Positions 58,600 through 64,000 of a stretch of 64,000 nucleotides of DNA are shown piece after piece (position 1 is the stretch's first letter; the number at the start of each line of letters is the position of its first letter). This DNA is from the human T2T-CHM13v2.0 reference genome, Homo sapiens, in the NCBI RefSeq assembly GCF_009914755.1, contig NC_060947.1; one strand, 5' to 3'. The notes under the pieces were generated by a model. It was given only the letters and a program-made list of their open reading frames with translations, searched no databases and was not told where the DNA came from. The position numbers were made by a program, and so were the translations under genes.

Positions 58600-59030
58600 T
58601 GCTAATGGCACCTTGCCTGAATCCCCTCACTCTTACAACCTTAAAGCACATTGGCCTGAAAGTTTTCTCTGACCTCCAGGGCCTACTTTGCCATTCATGT
58701 AGCAGGCCGGAAGTACAGGAAAATTAATGCTCCCCTGGGAGTATTGCTTATTCAATAAAGAACAGGAATTGGTGTATAAATACCCCAGCTGTCTGGACCG
58801 TTGTGTGTAACAACTCTCAGGTGTATGTGCTCCATTGCCTACCAGGATTCCTCCGTGAACCTGAATTCAAGTCGCCAACGTGAAAACAGGCAGTTTTACT
58901 GGCTCCTTTCTGTTTCCTGTTTTGCTTCTTCACTCTGCTTTTGGGTATTTCATTTGCCTTCCAAATAAACGACTTGTACTCCAGTTCTTTTCTCAGGAAC
59001 TACTTTGGAGGGACCCCAAATTAAGGCCTA
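58600..59030. mobile_element. LTR16-like LTR
   Basis: ggtgtataaataccccagct...ccaaataaacgacttgtac...tttggagggacccc. Confidence 0.55.
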
Positions 59031-61250
59031 TGCCTAACCTACATTTTACCCTGATGAACTGTCCTGTAACTAATCCTTACTCCTAGATGTTGTTTTTATA
59101 ATCTCTACCGTTTACAATCCACGAAACAATAGTAGAGTTGATTCCTAAGAGCTTACTTTCAAAATATCTCTCAAACTCAGAGAGTTCATAATAGGCATTG
59201 GCGCTTTTAGTTTCAAATGATTAAAGGAAACTTTTGAGAACAATCACAATGCTGTTGATTCTTCCATAGCTCAAAAATAATCTTTCCCTGAAGTGTAGAG
59301 GTTGTTGTTCTCATTTGAATGTGGTGTTTTCTCCCTCTAGCTTCCTGGCTGTGACAGATGCCTGTGCCCTTTGTCCTCTGAGATTTTAAAATATGCAACA
59401 ATTGGCACACGTGGCCTCCCGTTTTAAATCTTTACAACCCTTTATGGCCTTACCTGACTGCTATGTTTTTTTGCTATGGTCTTTTCTTTTGCTAATTCTG
59501 CCCAAGCAATGTGAGTGCAAATATTTAGGGTTCATTTGGATTCTCCAAACTTAAACTCATCTTATAAGCAGTCAGTGACCAAACTGAAAAGATTTCTTTG
59601 TCCCTAGTGGATTGATTAAACATGGAATTCCATAAAGCTACTACTATCCTGTGAACTGTGAGTTGGCAATATGTTGAGTTAATTTGTTCCAACAAAACGT
59701 TACAGGCTCCATTATATGTCACGATTTTTAGATATAGTGCAGTGGCACTTTCTGCAGCAAAATAATTTCATTTTAAAGCTATAATGCAAATTAGACTTTT
59801 TCTTTCAGATTTTAATTACTAAATTTCCACCCCCTGAGGGTTGTGAGGGAGAAAGGCCAAAAATAAAGAGAATGTTTCAGAAATTGAGGTCTTTAGACAC
59901 AGAGTAGGTGAAAAGGATGTATACAATTTCAGGAGCAAATAGACCTGAAACACTGTTGTCATAGCACCTACAGGAAAATTTTTTATTTGCAAACAAAAAA
60001 TAAATTTAAAAGGGAGAGCTTCTAAAGGAAATGCTGGAGGAGGGTACTTAACCACTGATGATTCATGAAGGTCTACTGGTTGGCTTGGTTCTGGTGCAAA
60101 ATGGAAATGCAGGGTTATGACGACAGCATAGGCATAACAGAACAAGAAATGTTGCTTGCTAGATACTCTCTGGTGTCAGCCTAGGTACAGAGGGCATAAT
60201 CCAATTGCAGCTGAATCTCCCAGTTTTTTCGCTGTGAAAGGAAGCAACAATTCCTTTAAGGACAGAGCAAACAGGAGAAAGAGAAGTGTCTTATCTGACC
60301 TTCTGGGCTTGCTCCTTTCTCTATGCTTACAGTTTCTCCCCCATCTGGCCCTTCCCCCGTAGCGTTAAATACCACCAGGCTGCCTCTGAGGAGAGGGGAT
60401 CAAAGGGACTGTGATCTGCAGAAGTTTCTGTGTGTAAGTCCTGGAAGCATTTAATGCAGATGCTGTCTGGAAACCCCAAGTTTTGAAAATTTTATGTTGA
60501 AGGTTTGAGGATAAACTTGGTTTCCTTGGCACTAAACAGACCCCATGTGGAGCATCGTGACTGATATCTAAATTCTTTCTCTGTCCCATATTCTGCCACC
60601 AAGTCTGTGACAGGATACACACCTGATTCAGCTCCCAAAATTGTAGTTGTTTTAAGAAAACAGAGGATGGTTATTTACTACGTTATAGTTAAAAGTATAA
60701 AGATATAAGTTATGTAGGAAATGACAAGTTTCAGGAGAATAAACTGAATCTACTCTACCTGCTTGGCATGGACAGAAAGCGGTAACTTCTTTCATTAAAG
60801 TGATTTTCTCATATTTCCAGTCCTGGTTCCATTAGACTTCTTACATTGCTTCATTCTTCATTTATTTAATTTCTAAATGTTCTGTGCCTCAAACTTCTCT
60901 TAGTGGCTTCTATTCACCTTTATTTTTCTTTGCTATTAGCTTTTTGGACTTAATAGGCAGTGACATAAATTTCAACACTGGCTCCTCAAACAAAAATTTC
61001 AGAAATAACTCCATGTCCCTTGCCAAATAAACAAATTTCTATACACAAATATCTTCCATGGCTCGAGCCTCTTCTTCCCTTTCCCTTGTATTCTTCCACC
61101 ATGCAAGTAGACCACCTACTTGTATATATATATTTTCATATCCACATGGATCAGAAGTCAAATAGATACACAGTCTACATAGCAAAATGTTTCTTTTTAA
61201 TTCTTATTCTCACCCACCCGGTTCTCCTGCCTGGAGGTGATCATGTTAGC

Positions 61251-61287
<37 letters not shown>

Positions 61288-61508
61288 ATTTCCAGATATA
61301 CTATGCATACACAAGTCACATGCATACACATATATACTTTATACATACACACACAAACATGTATCTATGTTTCTTCCCCCATTTTTACAAAAATGGTAAC
61401 ATGCCATGCATACTGTTCTGCATCTTGCTTTTTTCCACTTAACAAAATGTGAAATAATCCCATTTTAATGCATAAAGAGCCACCTCATTCTTTTTTATGG
61501 ATTTATAG

Positions 61509-61921
<413 letters not shown>

Positions 61922-61976
61922 TGAAAAGCGTAACTTGGTATGTGCTTCATTTTTCCCATGAGGAAATCTATCTGTA

Positions 61977-62136
61977 GAAACACAAATTAAATGATGCTAG
62001 TGTCAGGTTAAAAGACAGCAAATACTAGTTTTTGTTTTCCATGGCCTCTGTTGAATCTCATCACTGGTTTATCTCACAGACACAGGATTCATATCGTGTA
62101 TGAGTTTTCTAGTGCTGCACTGCAAATTACCACAGA
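61977..62136 (-). repeat. Inverted copy of 63682-63841
   Basis: Manual ungapped alignment to the reverse complement over 160 bp gives about 11 mismatches. Confidence 0.94.
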
Positions 62137-62206
62137 CTTTATTTTAAGAAGTAGGAAATCATTCTTAGAAGTAGAATTGCTAGGTTAAAGGTCATATACT
62201 TTTGTT

Positions 62207-62516
<310 letters not shown>

Positions 62517-63101
62517 GTCATATACTTTTGTAATTTGGGTAGATGTGGTCCAGTCGTCCTTCACAGAGTTATTCCCATTTGCTGGTGTTATATTTCCTTC
62601 TGAGCAACATCACTGTATCTGAATCACACTTGCACATTTGCCCATATTCTTTTCAACTGCCACACCCAGGACGCTCTTACATCAGTAACTCTTTTCTTCT
62701 TTTTGTCAAGCACACATCACACAAAATATTTTGTTCTCATTTTGAATAACGATTTAAAAAGAAAATAAAAAAAAGGAAATTGGGATCAAAAGACTTGGAT
62801 GCAAGCCTTAGCTATATTTCTTACATGCCTTGTAACATTGGGCAAATTACTCATCTACTCTAAACCTAGTTTTTCTCACGTGTAAAGCTGGATAAGGCCC
62901 TCATCTCAAAAGCTTTGTGAAAATTAAGAGGCACTAAATAAGAAGCACTCAGTATTGTCCTGGAATTCAATAGGAATCCCATAATTGGTGGTTCCTCCCC
63001 CTCTTTGTCCTATTCCTATCTTGATTTTCTTATTTTTAAAAACAGGCATTAGGTTTCTGAGATTGTGAAATGATAACTATATTGAAATGTTTTGTAAACT
63101 A

Positions 63102-63721
63102 TGTATGATAGGCAGAACTCTAAGATGACCCACAATGGCTCATACCTTTATATAATCTCCTCCCCTTGAGAGTGGGAGGGAGCTATATATGTGATGGGAT
63201 ATCACTCCCATGATTACTTTATGTTATAAGACACAGTTGACTGTAAGAAAGGGAGATTATCCTTAGTGGGGCTGACCTAATGCAGTGAGCCTTTTAGAGC
63301 CAAGAGTTTTCTCCAGATGGTCACAGAAGAGGAAGGCAGAGTGATACTGGCTGGCCCAGAAGAAAGCAAACATCCACGTGAAGCACCTAGGGTCTATATG
63401 GTAAGGAACTACAAGCAACCTCCAGAAACTGAGCACCGTCCCCAGCCAACAGTTAGCAAGAAAATAGGGATCTAAATTATATAACTTCAAGGAAATAAAT
63501 CCTGCCAACAACCAGTGATCCTGGAAGAGGACTCCAAGCTCCAGATGAGAGCCACAGCCCTGGCCAATTCCTTGATGTCAGCCTGGTGAGACACTAAGCA
63601 GAAAAATCCAGGTACACTGTGCCCAGGCTTTAACCTACAGAACTGTGAGATAATATATTTGTGTTGTTTGAAACCACTAAATCTGTGGTAATTTGCAGTG
63701 CAGCACTAGAACACGAATACA
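63102..63721 (+). mobile_element. MLT1E/F-type solo LTR
   Basis: tgataggcagaactctaagatg...aatcctgccaacaacc...gaactgtgagataat...ggtaatttg...aataca. Confidence 0.85.
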
Positions 63722-63841
63722 CGATATGAATCCTGTGTCTGTGAGATAAACCAGTGACGAGATTGAATAGAGGCCATGGAAAACAAAAACTAGTATTTGC
63801 TATATTTTAACATGACATTAGCATCATTTAGTTTGTGTTTC
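63682..63841 (+). repeat. Donor of the inverted copy at 61977-62136
   Basis: Spans the last ~40 bp of the MLT1 LTR plus ~120 bp of unique flank. Confidence 0.9.
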
Positions 63842-64000
63842 AGTTGATTCAATGCTTATTATCTTCTTTCTAGGAGCCAATTTCCCCAAGCAGAAGAATG
63901 TGCATGGCACCATAATAGTCCTTTTATATTTTTAGGGCCTTGCATTCACTAAATGCTCATTGCTTGCTTCTAAGAAAACTCTTTTTACTTTTCTTTTTCT

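Overview
Primate (almost certainly human) genomic DNA containing the 5' end of CASK (Xp11.4) on the minus strand. A CpG island at ~35.6-37.0 kb holds the promoter, the GC-rich 5' leader and the 59-nt first coding segment ([20 protein letters not shown], 35942->35884). Positions 1-35883 are CASK intron 1 and ~37-64 kb is upstream sequence. The rest is dominated by Alu, L1, L2/MIR, MaLR/ERVL LTRs, hAT/mariner fossils, microsatellites and a decayed U6 copy. Apart from ORFs overlapping the tentative plus-strand exons in the findings, the supplied ORF track reads as repeat-, GC- or chance-derived. The main unexplained structure is two separate ~160-bp, indel-free copies of nearby sequence inserted into old antisense L1 fragments: 2006-2164 is a direct copy of 3261-3419, and 61977-62136 is an inverted copy of 63682-63841. 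Also noted are an orphan polyadenylated insert in an L1, a twin-primed L1, a tightly spaced inverted Alu pair, a CASK uORF and possible relic plus-strand exons. Repeat subfamily names are by eye and repeat boundaries are approximate. I see no evidence of a novel multi-gene system.
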